The notes under the pieces are model-generated. The model saw only the letters and a program-made list of their open reading frames with translations. It was not told the DNA's origin and did no database searches. The translations under genes were made by a program, and so were the position numbers. From contig OZ025800.1 in the NCBI GenBank assembly GCA_964019425.1, forward strand, positions 186,001-250,000: a DNA stretch of 64,000 nucleotides, read 5' to 3'. How positions within the stretch are numbered: the stretch's first letter is position 1; every line of letters starts with the position of its first letter. Below are positions 1 to 13,978 of this stretch, one piece after another. Origin of the DNA: Flectonema sp. DT1601. Its lineage: Eukaryota.

Positions 1-3000
1 AAGTCGACAGTTCTCAGTACAGGTATTGCTTCAGCTGTTGCTGCAGATCCCAATGAAACACTCGCACATACTTCAGGTTCTTTTCCTTCATCTTCATCAC
101 CAAAATAATTCCAAAGACCTCTTTCAGTAAATCCTCTTCTTATTTTTACACTAAAGACAGGAAGACCTGATCCACAAACAGTAGGAACCCTACAATGATA
201 TTTAACGTACGGATACAACTCCGAAGGTATCGGAACATCAAAATCAGGCAACGTTCCAATAAGACAAAACTTATCCCGTTGTAAAGCTGCTGATGACAAA
301 GAAAGAGCAAGATTAACAGCTGGTCCGATTATGGTTGCAAGAGATCGATGTTTCCCAATAACTTTTCCGTAATACAAACACCCGCATACAGCACCCACAG
401 ATGAAGTAATCCATTCAGTATCAGCAGATAGAAGTGTTGAGTATCTAACAATTGATGTTAAGTGATTACCTGTTGAAGGTTTAAATGTTCCCCAACTGAC
501 TAATAAAATAGAACCGATTGACGTAATTAAGGAACCAGCGCTTTTGTGAAGAGCTGACTCACAGGCGCTTAGGAAAGCTCCCATTTGATTGGCGATAATT
601 TCTTGAGCGAGAGGATCGATTCCGCGGTAGTACATTTCTGTTGAGGCAACTGCACCGCAAGACATCTCTAAACGAGGGAGACATACTCCGACTGATGCAG
701 ATGGATGGTTTCCAATTATTTCACTGTAGTTGTGAGTACAGGCAGTCCTACCAACAAGTGGATTGCTGTGACATCCTCCACGCTCAACACCTTGAGTTTC
801 TTTCTTTCTTGTTAATTGAAGTTGTAGTTCAGGTTTTCTCCCGATTAACGGATTTGGTATCAAACCAACGACTTCATGTGGTTCAGGAAATCCTTTTAAC
901 GGTTGCTTACCATATCGAACTTTAGAACATTCTGAATCGAGTCCAGTTATTGCAATGACATCTTGAACTTCTTTGCTACAAAGAACAAGTCCTCCGCAAG
1001 CGATTGACTCAATTCTAGCAGCCATGTTGACAACACTACCTGAGTAGTCAGCTCTTCCAAGGATTGGATTTATTGCCATCGTAGTAGGTCCGTAATGGAT
1101 TCCAATACGAACTCGAAGACCGTTCCATATGACGGCTCCCCCTGATGTCCGTTCCTCACACTTTGTCTCTGTTAATAAATCAGCAGGCCACTCCTGGTGT
1201 AGTAGTTCCATTTGAGCCCACAACCCGAAGTTAACTGCGTCAACAGGCGATTCAAAGGCGACCATAAACGCATCGCCAATTGTTTTTATTTCGTATCCGT
1301 TGAATTTCGCAATAGCTCGTCTGAAGAGCTGATTGTGAATCGCGAGGGATGTCTTCATTCCCTGAGGATGAGCTTCCCACAATGGTGTCGAACCTTCGAT
1401 ATCTGTAAATACGATTGCTACATTACCAGTCGGAGGGGATACCTGTTTGTTATTTATAAAAACCTGAAAGTAGAGTAATGCGATATCACGGAATTCAATT
1501 TCATACCTTCGCAACAATAAAGTCCTCATCATTACGTTGAACGTCTTTTAAAATAGCAGCCGGGATGAACGAACGATACTCTCCGAGGATTGAAACCATT
1601 TTATCAAATGATTCAGTCAAGTAATGAAGTTCTTTAATAAATGACGTTCGATACTTTTCCTTTTCTCTCTTCTCGTGAATATGTTCAAGTTCCATAGTAC
1701 AGGCCAAGTCAAAGTCTGCAGTTATACTACCGATGGGACGAACGAAGAAGAAATAAGTAAAAAGTAACAACAACACGAGTGCAAACCCACACATGGAAAG
1801 AGAGATCGCTATTGTATTATTGCGACGTTCCTGAACTCTGGATAAGTAATCATCTTGTGGAATGACTACAAATAAAATCCAATCGATATTATGAATATCA
1901 TTCGGTTTAATAGAAACAACAGATATCCAATAGTCTGCTCCAGTGATACGAACTTCAGATCTGGAAGTTCCTAAAGTAAGAATTCGATTCTTTGTATTTG
2001 ATCCAACAATAGCGTCAAGTATTCTTACAACTTGTTGTGGACTGTATTCAGTATCCCATGCGCTAAATGTAGTGTTAGCATCTTTATACTCTCCCAAACT
2101 CGTTCCAATTAAGGTCGCATTTATGTTCCTTTCAACCAGGAATAGCCCTCCTGTCTTCCCGACTGTTATCTCGTTAAGTTGTTGACGAAGAGACCACGAT
2201 TCATAATCTGCGATTGCTGATCCGACGTACATGCTATTTTCTGATTGGATTCCATCTCGTGCTAAGCTACCTACTTGCGTGTTTGATATAAACATCGTGT
2301 CTTCATCTAAACAGGACTGACAAGCGAGAGCTACAAACTGACGTGGGATAATAGTTGGCGCTGATGTGTTTGAATATCTGATGGTGATGTTGTTTTGTAT
2401 TTTGATATCTTTTTTTTGTTTCCCCCCCCATTATTAAATACTAAAAAAAAAAGAAAACCAAACCTAACAACTAAACTATGCGTGTCAGATGCCTGAACTG
2501 AGTAGTTCAGTACCTCACCGCGGAGTTTTTTGTGTTGCGGAGCCCAACCAGGACGAAGTGATATAGGAAGCACTGACGGATTAAATGAAACAATACTACC
2601 AATACGAGGAACTTTACTGTAAATAGGCATAGCAGCCGTTAGGCAAGACCTACCAGAAGTAAAACAGATGTAAAGTCCTGTGTAGTATTTTGACCCAGCA
2701 GGTAGCTTAGCTGTTTCTATGAACCAAATTCTGTTTCGAGGATCGAAGTCATTACGAGTTCGTAAATGATGTCCTGTTGATTCTTCATAATAAGTTCGAT
2801 TAAATTCAGGACATGGAGGGTCCAAACAAACCTCAAGAGACGCTACTGCATCATCACGACATTTCGGAGCAATACTTTTTTGATAATAATCGGATTCAAT
2901 ATACCAATGAGGCTTACATGGATAGTCTACTATCTCTTTATAACCAAAACAAGTTGGTAAATCATTCGATAAACCAACACAATTATTACTACTTATTGAC

Positions 3001-3485
3001 GCATTACATGATGGTGAGTAACGACAAGGAATTGTCCAAGTTGGAGTGTTCTTTTGAATTTGATCAATCGGCGGCATAGTTGTTACCTCATTTGATCCAC
3101 ATCTCGCAGAGCAGAAGTGTCCGTGACTATTACCTATGTACATACCAGATACGGCAGAGATATCTGTGCAACGTTCTGAAAGCCAATAAATACATCCCAG
3201 AGAAGTGTCACCCTTCGCTAATTCATAAGCATCTAATCTGTCAACCGAAAATAACTTCTCATCCATCATAGCGATAGTCTTTTCCAGTGATTGGAATGGA
3301 GCTTGCATGAATTCCTTTATCTCAAGTACAGCCGCCTGGGTTATCGTAGCCGCTAATGAGTCAGCAACTTCATCAATCCCCTCCTCTGTACTCCTCCATC
3401 CGACATACATAACACTGAGCATTGAAGCAGCGATAACCAGCCCCAATAAAAATACCAATGAGGCTAAGTGCACCGTGACCTTCAT
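1..3485 (-). CDS. Receptor-type adenylate/guanylate cyclase (TM - extracellular Cache-like region - TM - HAMP-like - class III cyclase - second degenerate cyclase domain); 3 exons, runs off the window at the 3' end
   Basis: GT-AG introns 2388-2463 and 1443-1506 join ORFs 2331-3485 and 1501-2295 in frame to an exon reading VSPPTGNVAIVFTDIEGST...GYEIKTIGDAFMVAF...LRVRIGIHYG...GSVVNMAARIES (class III cyclase motifs). Two hydrophobic helices flank the extracellular part. Confidence 0.92.
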
Positions 3486-3627
3486 CTTACCGGTCGGTGG
3501 TACCTGTGAAGAGAATTAATTTCTTTATTTCATTTTACTTGTCCAACAAAAGAAACTGGGGGAGAACTCCTTCCCCATTCGGACAACAAACATCAGGTGA
3601 CGTACAGAGAGTAACAGGTTGTAAAGA

Positions 3628-4641
3628 CTAATTGTCTTTTGTTTCGTTGTCTTCCTTAAGTCTCTTAAAGCAATAAGCGTGTTCATAGAACAGAGGATAG
3701 ATGAGGACTCGATGATGAGAATGGAGATACCATCCTTCATTTCTATTTATAAGATATCTGCCGACATCACAGCTTCCACCGATAGCACCTGTTCCAACAA
3801 GGATGACTGTGTCACCATTCCAGTTATCGAGTTCAGTAAGTTCACGATCTGGGAAGACTGCGAGGATTGTATCTTTGTCATGAACACCATTTGCAAATTG
3901 TTTTTCTCCAGAGTCTTCAATTACTTCAGTGAAAGGTTTGTGTCCTCTTCTTGTGTATGGAATATTCCACACTTCGTAAGCAACTACCGGCACATTCATT
4001 TGTCGTAATTGAGCTGCCCAGTACCCAAGTTTTGCCTGAACTTCAACAACGTTAGCACCAGGTGACACATTACTAACAATCCACTTCAGGACTACATCAC
4101 AAGGAGGACTTGGACTGTATTGTAATCTAAGTTTCTCTCTAATAGCCATCAATGCCTGTCTTGATCCATGAATCGCACGTTCTGCGGTTTCTTGAGCATG
4201 AGCTTTGTTCATCGAAAAAGTCTGATAAACATTTGTCGTCGCAGTTCGATACTCTTTCAGGTACGGATCGTTTCTTTCTGTGAAGAGCCAACCTTTCTCT
4301 TCATACCATTGTGTCACAGGCATTGGATGCATTGCCTTCATGTCGTTGTAGAATCTTTTCCATAATTTCAGAGTAAGAGGTTTGCTTGTATCAGGTAAAG
4401 GAATTTCTGAATTTGGCGGTAGGCGATCCATTACTTTTGACACCCAGAAATGTTCTAATCCTTGATCGTTCATACGACCAAACGTTACTGGGAGTTCGAT
4501 GCTGCTCTCCCATGCGAGTTTAGGTACTTTCTCATGAGGTGTATCGCCTCTAGACTTTGGGAAGTACCAACCATCCGTTAACCATCTTCTCTGTCTTATT
4601 GTTGTTGTTTTAGTTAGGACTCGACAAGGATATGTTTTCAT
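3628..4641 (-). CDS. Hypothetical protein with a divergent SAM-methyltransferase-like C-terminal fold
   Basis: 337-aa ORF. VVEVQAKLGYWAAQLRQMNVPVVAYE resembles class I MTase motif I/post-I; the basic N-terminus could be an organellar targeting peptide. Confidence 0.6.
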   Translation of the reverse strand: MKTYPCRVLTKTTTIRQRRWLTDGWYFPKSRGDTPHEKVPKLAWESSIELPVTFGRMNDQGLEHFWVSKVMDRLPPNSEIPLPDTSKPLTLKLWKRFYNDMKAMHPMPVTQWYEEKGWLFTERNDPYLKEYRTATTNVYQTFSMNKAHAQETAERAIHGSRQALMAIREKLRLQYSPSPPCDVVLKWIVSNVSPGANVVEVQAKLGYWAAQLRQMNVPVVAYEVWNIPYTRRGHKPFTEVIEDSGEKQFANGVHDKDTILAVFPDRELTELDNWNGDTVILVGTGAIGGSCDVGRYLINRNEGWYLHSHHRVLIYPLFYEHAYCFKRLKEDNETKDN

Positions 4642-5911
4642 TTTTGTAGTTAAGATTTTTTCTTATAATTTTAAAATAAAAAAAGAGAAATAAATAATAC
4701 AGAAAACACCTCACACGTTATCACAACAATTCTGAATATCATAACTACACAATTCACACTTGCTAAAAAAAACGAATGAATTTTTAGTTTCTTATATTCA
4801 GATTCGTAACAACGAAAACTGAACTGGGAAGGTGAATAACGGGAAAGGAAAATTGCTCGCAAAAAAGAAAAGAAGAAAAATTTAAAAAAAAAAAAAAGTA
4901 ATTATTTTAGAGAGGTGGCAAGGCAAACATAACATTGTTCTCTCACTCTATTCGAGATACAATATCAACCTCAAATAGCACCTCCACATTTTATACGCAC
5001 CGAAAGTGAGACAATTCTTACTCAGACTGGAAACTACTCCATTCAGTTAGTATTGATGGCTATCAGTAAATTAAACTACAGAGAGTAGTTTTGAGTAAAA
5101 TGAAACATGGCGCAAAAAAGAAAAAAAAAAAAAGAAGAAGAAAAGAACTTCCACTTCACAGGTAAGACTACACATTGTAATCAAGCTGAAGAAGTTAACA
5201 AAACTGGCGGTTATGCGCACAATAATTTTGCTTTTAAAGTGCGCACGACCTTTGCCAAGAATCGATTTTTCTCTCACAGGGTAGAAACAAAAGGTGCTTA
5301 CCCACTGAAGACTACCTAAAGAGCAACAACGCTTCAATAAGGAGCTCTCATGCGGAATACTCTAAATAATACTTCTCATACATCGTATTTGAGGAGTAGT
5401 TTGGCAGTTATGCGACACGACCTTTGTAAGAATTAATTATCCTCACAAGGTTACTACAACCAACTAAAGATTAAAGAATTCGAAAACAGGTACTTGTTGA
5501 CGTACGAGTCTCCCAAACAACATGACTATGCAGCTGCCTATCAGGTGCGCTTCAATCATAAGGAGCCTTCATTCGGAATGCTCTAAAACGAAAAGGAATC
5601 AAAACAAGAAAATATCAAAAAAATAAAACGAATTAGTCGACTCCAATAAAGGAGTCGAGCATGCAACGAATCTATATATAGTTCGTTAAACAAGAGAGTG
5701 CAGCCGATAAAACAATCAGTTACTCTTGTGTGTAGCTGGAAGACGAAAAGAAGAATATCTGACTATTGTTTTTACGATATTTGAAAGGCAATCGTTTTCT
5801 CATCACAATTTAACACCTTTCTCATATCACATAAAAAGGATGCGATGCCTTTCATGAAATGCAGTTCACAGCGGCACTTTAAAATGGTTCACCAGAAGTA
5901 GCCAAGTAATG

Positions 5912-7667
5912 CTACTTCGACGGCTTAAAAAATTGCGATAACGTAAGTCGCAGTTGCGCAAACATTTCTGCATTGCCCTGCTGGAGAGACACAGTGAGAG
6001 AAGTCTTCTCAGCGTTGGTAGCTGCAAAATCAATCGTGAATGTTATCTGTTTTTTTTATTTTATTTTTTTAATTATTATAATTTTATTAGTTAAATTAAA
6101 ACAGATACTAACATACTAAACCAAAAGAGTGAGGAGAAGCATGACAGACTATGCGAAGTCCATTAGTTTCTTTGTGTTGTAACATTGATGGACAGCATTC
6201 AATACTTAGAAGGATATCAAATAAAGCCTTCCACACAAAGTGAACCTCTGCGGCTACATCACAAGACCACATGCGGCTAGGATCGGATTCCGAAGGGACA
6301 GTGAGGTTTGATATTTTGTATTGAGAAGCTTTTGGTGGAGCTGCAGTACACGATTGGAATCCCTTCACAAGTTTGTACTCGTGACCTTCAAAAAGATCAC
6401 TCAAATGGGCAGATACAACCGTACAGAGATTTTCAAAAATATGTGTTGGACCTCGTTCCAAACGATTAACAATCACCATCATATGAGGAGGTCTGGCTTG
6501 CAATTCTGACGTAAAAGTCAGAACGTCATTGAGAACTGGAACATAAATAAACAAACAGAGTCTACCACCTGTTGTGTTAGCGGCATTACGCTGTTGAACT
6601 TTACATTTCATTTTTTCATAAAGATCTATGACTCGAGTGAAAGCAGCATGCATATCCTTAACTGTTAATAAATATTTAACATCAGAGCCTTTACCGACTA
6701 AGGCATCAACGTCACCAGCTTGTAAACCAGCTATTACTGAGAAGGCGTTACCGCTGGCTTGATCAAGCATAATACGTTCAATTGCGCCTCCTAAGTCTTC
6801 GGGTGTAACTTCATCTCGTACTTGTTTCGTTTCAGACAGCATTGCTTTTGCTGACCCATTATAATTAATTAAAAACCATGGATCAGATACAACGTTTTCC
6901 AGTGAGAATCTTTTATTTGGATCGTTTGCCATCATTCCATTTATTAAAGTATTACATCCTTGAGAAACATGCCTAGGAACAGTATAATCACCTCCCTTGA
7001 CACGTCGAAGGGTAGTCGTTTCACTCTCACTTTCGAAAGGACGAGACCCAGTGACCATAGTAAATAACACAGTCCCACAGCTATAAATATCAGCCTTGAA
7101 TCCGTTGTATGATTTTTCTTTAACAATTTCCGGAGCGCAGTAATCCGGAGATCCAACAATAGTACTCATGAGTTGAAATTTGTGTCGCTCGTCATCTTGG
7201 GCGATGTTTGCAAGTCCGAAATCTGCTACTTTAATAACATTTCTCCTGGTGACTAATATATTTTCGGGTTTTAAGTCTCGATGGACTACACCCTGTCCAT
7301 GCATGTATGCTATCGCATCAACTATTTGATGCATGTAGTTTCTAGCCTCATCCTCAAGGAGTTTCTTAACACGACTGATAACGTCAAGGAGTTCCCCTCC
7401 AGATATATATTCCATTATCATATGTAGTTGATCACCAACTAGAAGTACTTCGTATAGTTTAACTATGTTTGGATGCTTTAGTTTTCTTAAAACAGCAATC
7501 TCTCGTCGAATCCATTCTTCCTTATCTTTAGATTTATATTTCTTGTTGTCAATAATTTTTATCGCAACGTGGTTTCCAGTTTCACTGTGCGTGGCTTTCT
7601 TTACCTTGCTGTACGCACCCTGACCGAGTGTGCTCCCTATCACATATTTTCCCACTCTTTTTCCCAT
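5912..7667 (-). CDS. SNF1/CAMK-group Ser/Thr kinase, CIPK-like (NAF motif); 2 exons
   Basis: LGQGAYSKV, VAIK, HRDLKPEN, DFG and APE motifs; GNAFSVIAG after the kinase domain. Intron 6047-6116 (GTATGT...AAACAG) extends the ORF to a TAG at 5912-5914. Confidence 0.92.
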
Positions 7668-8555
7668 CCCGCGATGTCTGTAGAATAGAAATAATCAATA
7701 CGAGTGAATCGATTTCTTCTTCTAATATAATTCTTCTATGTGGCTGTTAAAAAGGTAACTTATTCTTCAATCATCAATCAATAACACATTGGAATCATAA
7801 ATACAGAGATAACAAGACAAAACAAATGGTTTCGGGTTGGTGAAAAGAAAAAGAAAACGGGGAAGAGCAGGCAAAAGTTTTTTAGCCAGTCGATTCGGAT
7901 ACAACAGGAAGGCTTTACTAACAACTTCATTCCCGAGACAAGTCTATGACTGCTTTCGTAGCAAAGAGGGAATCAAAAACACAGATCTGCATTATGATCA
8001 CTATCAAAAATCCTTTCAAAGCATTTCTTCTGATGGCCACCGTACGGTATAGAAACCTAATTGCTTAGGATACCAATCAGACTCGTTTAATGCGTCTGTG
8101 TACTGCGCTCGCAGCCTAGACATTTAGGAGCATCACAGACCTGCTATTGGCTCGCTCTTGCACGTGCTAAAGGTTCACACAGTCCCTTAAGAAGGGCAGT
8201 GCTTAGGAAAAGGACGCAGTACTAAAAAGAGTCGAGATCTCGTTCGTTAACGGAATCGGTTGGGCACTCAGGCCATACAGTGAAATGAATAGGTGAAAAA
8301 CAGTTGGGAAAACAGGCTCGAAATTGAATTTCTAAAAAACAAAAAGGGGGAAAGGAAACTGTGATACAGCAAGCCCAAGTTGGTCAAAATAGGCACAAGT
8401 CATTCACCAAACGAGAACAACGGACGTAACTAAGTCAGAACATGGATCTTCTCAAATGTGATCTTGATCTATAAAATAGAAAACAGCACAAAAAACGTAC
8501 GACATTTAGATGATCGGGTTTGGTGAAAAATTAAATTCATAAAACTATCCCTGTA

Positions 8556-9863
8556 CTAAGAAACAGAGTCCTTGGCTCTTGGTTTTGCCAGATTATAGTA
8601 AAACTCATTTCGTGTGCTTGCTGCTCGTTTTTCAGGAGAGGGAGATCGAACGCTTGATGCGTTCTCAGTCATTTCCGCATCACCATGTTGCTTTGCAGCA
8701 CTCGAAGAAGTTGCATGTCGACTCAGGTTTTCATAGAAAGATTTTTTTCTGCTTTCGCGTTTAGTCATGTCCGCAGGGGTTGCAGATGGCTTTCTGACTA
8801 TTGGAACCTTACGATCCTGATACAATCGGTTAAAACAGGTACCTGCTTCACGTTTATTGCAGCGATAAAGAAGGTTTCGAGGCCAAACTTCTGTCAAACC
8901 GTCATCAAATAAAATAGCTTCCGCCTCTGGATTACCAGCCAAGATGTCCACATCGTAAGAATCCTTAAAGGCATCGTTATAGTCGACTGCTGTACCTGTT
9001 TTTCTCAGATAGTGGTATCTTTTCTTAGCTATGTGTCGCTGAAAAGGTATGCCAGCAGCTGCAAATTCGTCTTCAATTTTCCGCATCCCTGGAGATGCGG
9101 AAAGTGACACACGTCTGTTTACTACTGTTCGGTGATCTTCATCTTGCTGTCGACGGTGTTCTTGAAGCATCTCAGACTTGAAATCCTTTCTTGCTTTGCT
9201 TAATCTTGCATCTTCATACAGTCTTTGCCAAGACCTGCTATTGACTTGACTATGAGAGTGTGTTGGAGAACCTCTTACAGAACTACTGTGATATCTAAAA
9301 TTCTGTTCTAAGTCATGACGAATCCCTGCATGGTTACACATAACTATTAACCTTGAAAGAACATCAGCTGGGGATACTACACATCCACCAATACCGTTTT
9401 GATCGTGAATGATAGAGGTATTAGGATCAAAGGTAAGCGATTTCGCTTTTGAAATCTGTTCCGAACCACAGCAGACCAACAAGTATCCAGCCATCGGTAA
9501 GGGTGATAGATCAGCTCTTTGTGGGTAGCAGTAAGTTAATGGGTTTAGAAGGTGACCTGCGAAATTCGTAATTTGAACTGTCACCTGAGGACTCACAATA
9601 ACAACTGGTGGTGATTTCGGTGAAATCGGTGACGATGGCGGATCTCTTATACTCGCAGAGCTCATTTCCGCAGCTCGCGTAAAACTATTACGAGAAAAGC
9701 TGTACGAAGCCATCGTAGTTGGTGAGTGATCGTCATCAACTTCAATAAATCTAAGCGGCGAAGATTCTGCTGCGGAAGCTCTTGTTTTTGGAGAATGAAA
9801 GCTATAGAAACTAAGTTCTGATGACGACTCCAGCGAACGCGTATTAGATCCCCTTCGAGTCAT
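8556..9863 (-). CDS. Hypothetical Ser/Pro-rich protein with short RLY(E/Q)D-type repeats
   Basis: 435-aa ORF with an AG acceptor just upstream of the ATG; repeated WQRLYED, FNRLYQD, FYENLS, FYYNLA motifs. Confidence 0.7.
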   Translation of the reverse strand: MTRRGSNTRSLESSSELSFYSFHSPKTRASAAESSPLRFIEVDDDHSPTTMASYSFSRNSFTRAAEMSSASIRDPPSSPISPKSPPVVIVSPQVTVQITNFAGHLLNPLTYCYPQRADLSPLPMAGYLLVCCGSEQISKAKSLTFDPNTSIIHDQNGIGGCVVSPADVLSRLIVMCNHAGIRHDLEQNFRYHSSSVRGSPTHSHSQVNSRSWQRLYEDARLSKARKDFKSEMLQEHRRQQDEDHRTVVNRRVSLSASPGMRKIEDEFAAAGIPFQRHIAKKRYHYLRKTGTAVDYNDAFKDSYDVDILAGNPEAEAILFDDGLTEVWPRNLLYRCNKREAGTCFNRLYQDRKVPIVRKPSATPADMTKRESRKKSFYENLSRHATSSSAAKQHGDAEMTENASSVRSPSPEKRAASTRNEFYYNLAKPRAKDSVS

Positions 9864-10419
9864 ACTGCTGAGTCCTAAAATAATAAAAATAATAAAGTTA
9901 TTAAACTAAAACTGTTTTCTGCACAAGTACAATTCCTATTGCTGCGGTATTTATCTAGTTCACGTATATAAACCTAAGTCTAAGTAAGATAAGAAAGACC
10001 TACGACGCAACCTCATAACGTAGTGCAACAGTGACACAAGCTAAAATTAGTATCTTATATAACTTGTTTTTCAAGAGTGGGGTAGGGATGGTGGGAATTC
10101 TTAGAAGCTTCATCTTCAGTCATAAAAAAAAAAATCTTTTATTTTTAATAAGCACAAAATAGAGAGTGCTTTAATAATAGACAAATATGATGTGAAGTGA
10201 CTCGCAAATACAGCGGTACACGTCTCTAAACTGAAATGGTGCAATTGCTTAGGTTGCTGTATTACCTTAGGTGAGTTAAATAAAAAACTAAAAGTGAGGT
10301 TTTTTATATACAACTGTCCTTGAGGTGTGTAACCCACATAACAGATGGGGCGGTACCTTCAACAAGATCGATAAAACATCAAAAAGGAGAACACACGAAA
10401 CTGAATGAAGCGACTGACA

Positions 10420-13400
10420 TCACAACCCACGAAAGAATCCACGATTGGAAGACCCGACAGAATCAGGTCGTGACCTAGGCGTGTCAAATTCGTCTCCACT
10501 AAAGTGCGTTAGGTCGCTCATAGAATCTGTTTTTTCTTTTTTTTTTTTTTTTTTTTCCCCTTCCCTAAGCTAACACTGTAACAGTCACATAAAAACAAAA
10601 AAGACATACCAAAACCAGATCTAATTGGAGAAGACGGGTCAATCTCATCATTATCACCAATCATTTGATATTGAGGAACAGATGGAATTATTCCTCCAGT
10701 TGGAGCCCCCCAACGAAATTGACCACCTCCACTAGTTAGCCCATCCCTCCCCTGCACCGTTTTCGCAATTTTTGGACGTCTTCCAGACTTTGTTGTCGCA
10801 AGTTCGACAGCTTCTCTGAACCACGCGTTAGCTTTTTTACGTCGGGGTCGAATCTTTTTTTTGGGAAAACTGGTTGGGGTTGATTGTGAAATGGGTGAAT
10901 TTAATACAAGTTCGTCAGCTGTCAAATCATCAGTGGAATTGACACCATAACCGCCCTTCCCCCAAGGACCAGTAGTTGGAGCAATCAAGTCTATTTGAGG
11001 GTCATTTTCGTTATCTGTTCCGAGTAGTTTTCTGATGTTATCGTAGGCTGCATCATTACGTAATTCTAAATCTTCATCAGGATCTGGTGAAACAATGCGT
11101 TCCTCTCGTTCGCATAATTTCATGTATGGCTTTACTACCTTTCCTTGCTGTTCTAACAGCTCTGTCTGTGATTTAACAAATCCGTTCAGAAATGACAAAG
11201 AGTCATCAGACTCCTGTGCAATTCCAGTACTGAATGGAAGAGAGAGTTCCTCAAAAATAGATGCATCTTCAGTGTTTGTCGGTGCCAGCATAGCATTTTT
11301 AGTTTTAAAATTCTTAAGCACATCGATAGCATATCTTATTAAGAAAAGAGATTCTCCCGCTGTTGATGCAACGGTTGTGTCTCGTGATCGCGTTTTTCTT
11401 TCCAATATTTGTTCAGCATCCTCTATTGCGTCAACAGACAATGAGGTGCTTCTGCCATTTACGACAATCGGTTGTTCTGTTAGTCGCAGCTGAGCGTATA
11501 AAAATACTATTTTTGACATAGCCATTATCACACCAGGTGCTGGTGATAAGCTTCCATGTAGATTCTCAATCAGTAGTAGGAATAATCCATTTAGTTGACA
11601 GTCGTGTGGTGCAAATGCTGGTCCGAATTCACCAATCACCCACGATGCTACCCTCACTAAAACTGGTTCGGTTGGTGGTAAAAATATCGGATCGTTTCGA
11701 TAAACAAACTTGCTTAGTCCGTTATGAAGATTCTTCGTGTATACCTGAAGAGTATTGAGCATGTGTTTGCAGACTTGTCGTCGAAACAAATTTCGCTCTG
11801 ATCCTGCTCTTGTTGCTGTATTTTGGAGGTCAACTCGTAACTCTAGATCTCCGTGACCGAAGATTGGCTCACCCGCTTGAAGGGAAAGCTCTTCATGCAA
11901 CCAATCTAAAATAGCGAATCCCTGTGCCTCTTCCTCCGATTCTACGCCAAACATAGATGAGCTGCAGTGTGTGAGCAACAATGAAGCTGCCTTCAAATGC
12001 AATTCCGGATTTGCAGTTTTTGCTACTCTCCAACTCAATTCATTCGCCCTGCTTACCAATGCAACCCGAAGGTTGTTGATAGTCGCAAAGTTTGTTATCC
12101 GAGACGGAGGTTTTCGAATGAAATTAAGCAACTGCCTCAATATCGCACGAACATTTGTAGCACGTGCAGCAGCACATAAAACATCAACACTAGCCAGTAA
12201 CACAGTCGGATCTGTGCTGACAAGACCGCGGAGGACAGGTGCATGACGGGACATACCTCGATCTCTGTCGCAATTAGACAACAGTGAAATACATCTTATG
12301 GATATGTAGGCCATATTGAGCTCCATTTCAGTGGGTTCCTTTTTACGTTTTCTCCTTCGAGTATAGCTCGGAGACGACTCATCCTCACTACTCGAGTCAT
12401 CAATATATATTAGTGAGTCTGCGAATGCAAACAAAGACGATAAATACATAGATATCTTAGGTGTTTTATTCCCCTTAAACAAACTGAGGTATGGTTCCGT
12501 GGCCGCCAAGCGTACCATTTCATATTTAGTTGCATTTGGTACAATATCGATGTTAGTTCTATGAAATTCACAAATCTCATCCATAACTTGTGGGAATTCA
12601 GGTATGTTTACAGAAGTAGATAGAGCTGCCGCCAAAAGTCTCAGCCAGCTAACTTGCATAATACAGACCTTGACGTGAGGTGTAACAGCATCTCCATTCG
12701 CGAAGAAATTGCGTTTTCCGAACTCAAAAATGTGTTCAAGAACACCAAACGTTACATCCAATGGTACACCGCCCTTCATAGGCGCTGTCTCTTTGCCTGT
12801 CGTTGTGTGAATAATTATCGTTTTACATAATTCCATTGTACTTAAGTGAGAACCTCTTGAACTCGCCTTTAACAAGCTAATCAGTAACTCGTTTTTATTT
12901 CTGGCTGAAAAAACAGTGTCACTGCAGGGAACTGCTGAGGGCGGCTCTACTGCTAACCTGCAAGAAGCATCAACTTCAGGAGTTTTATGAAAACCGCATT
13001 GCTTCAACAAAAAAGAATGTAATGTCACTAATGCAAGTTTTCTTATATAAATATCTGTTGTGTTGTCAGCGTGTTTCCATATAAAAGGTAGCAGCATATC
13101 ATAGTGCTGTGGAGGAACACACTTCGCAGCTGCTCGCAACGCCGTGCTTATTGTTACACTATCAGTCGCTTGTAGATCCTTGTGAATGTTATTTACAAGT
13201 AATATGGTTTTTTCATCATCTTGATCCATACACATTGAACACAATAAATAACCAATCTTCTTTTGGAGTAGGGTTGCGCTTGGGTGAGCCGAAAGCTTGA
13301 TCGCATGAATGTATGCAAAATCAACTTTACAACCTAACAATTCCAAGAACAAAGCTGTTAGCAAACAGTCTTCAATATCGAGGAGGGTAAGATCAGGACG

Positions 13401-13772
13401 TTCAAGAATAGATCTAATCCCGTGTTCGAATGCGTACATTATTCTCATAGGACAGTTGTACTTGACTGACTCTAGAATTGCTTCAACATGACACCAGTGC
13501 CCTAAATCTTTGCGCCAGCGTCTTACAAATTTTTTGCTTGCTAATTGTGGTGACCCATCGTCCTCAACATCTATCAATCTCTCTGTTTCCGCCCCCCCTC
13601 TCTCGTGGGGATGTCTTCCCCTATTGGTTATACCTCTTCGTAGTACATCAAATGTTTGTAGTGCCGCTTCCTTAACTGCAGCTTTCATCCTTCCTCCGGT
13701 TCCAAATATCGTGCTGCCATCCCCATCGACTTGTGTGTACTTCAGTGAAGTCGGAGAGTTGACGGAAGTCAT
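10420..13772 (-). CDS. AP4E1: AP-4 adaptor complex epsilon subunit (adaptin N-terminal HEAT region); 2 exons
   Basis: FAYIHAIKLS...QKKIGYLLCS...ILLVNNIHKDLQ and WVIGEF match AP-4 epsilon. Intron 10527-10609 extends the ORF to a TGA at 10420-10422. Confidence 0.82.
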
Positions 13773-13978
13773 TCATCTATTTGTTTAAGACTTCTGGGGG
13801 GACAACGAACTAGAAAATGATACCTAACATTCTTACACGTTGACAAACATTTTCATCGTACACATTTACGATATATAAAAGTTAGCGCAGAGGCATATTC
13901 CATTTGTTCAGTATTCAAACAGACGCGTCGGCACCGTTGACCTCGAAATGAAACACTTGTACGCTTTTAACCCTACAC

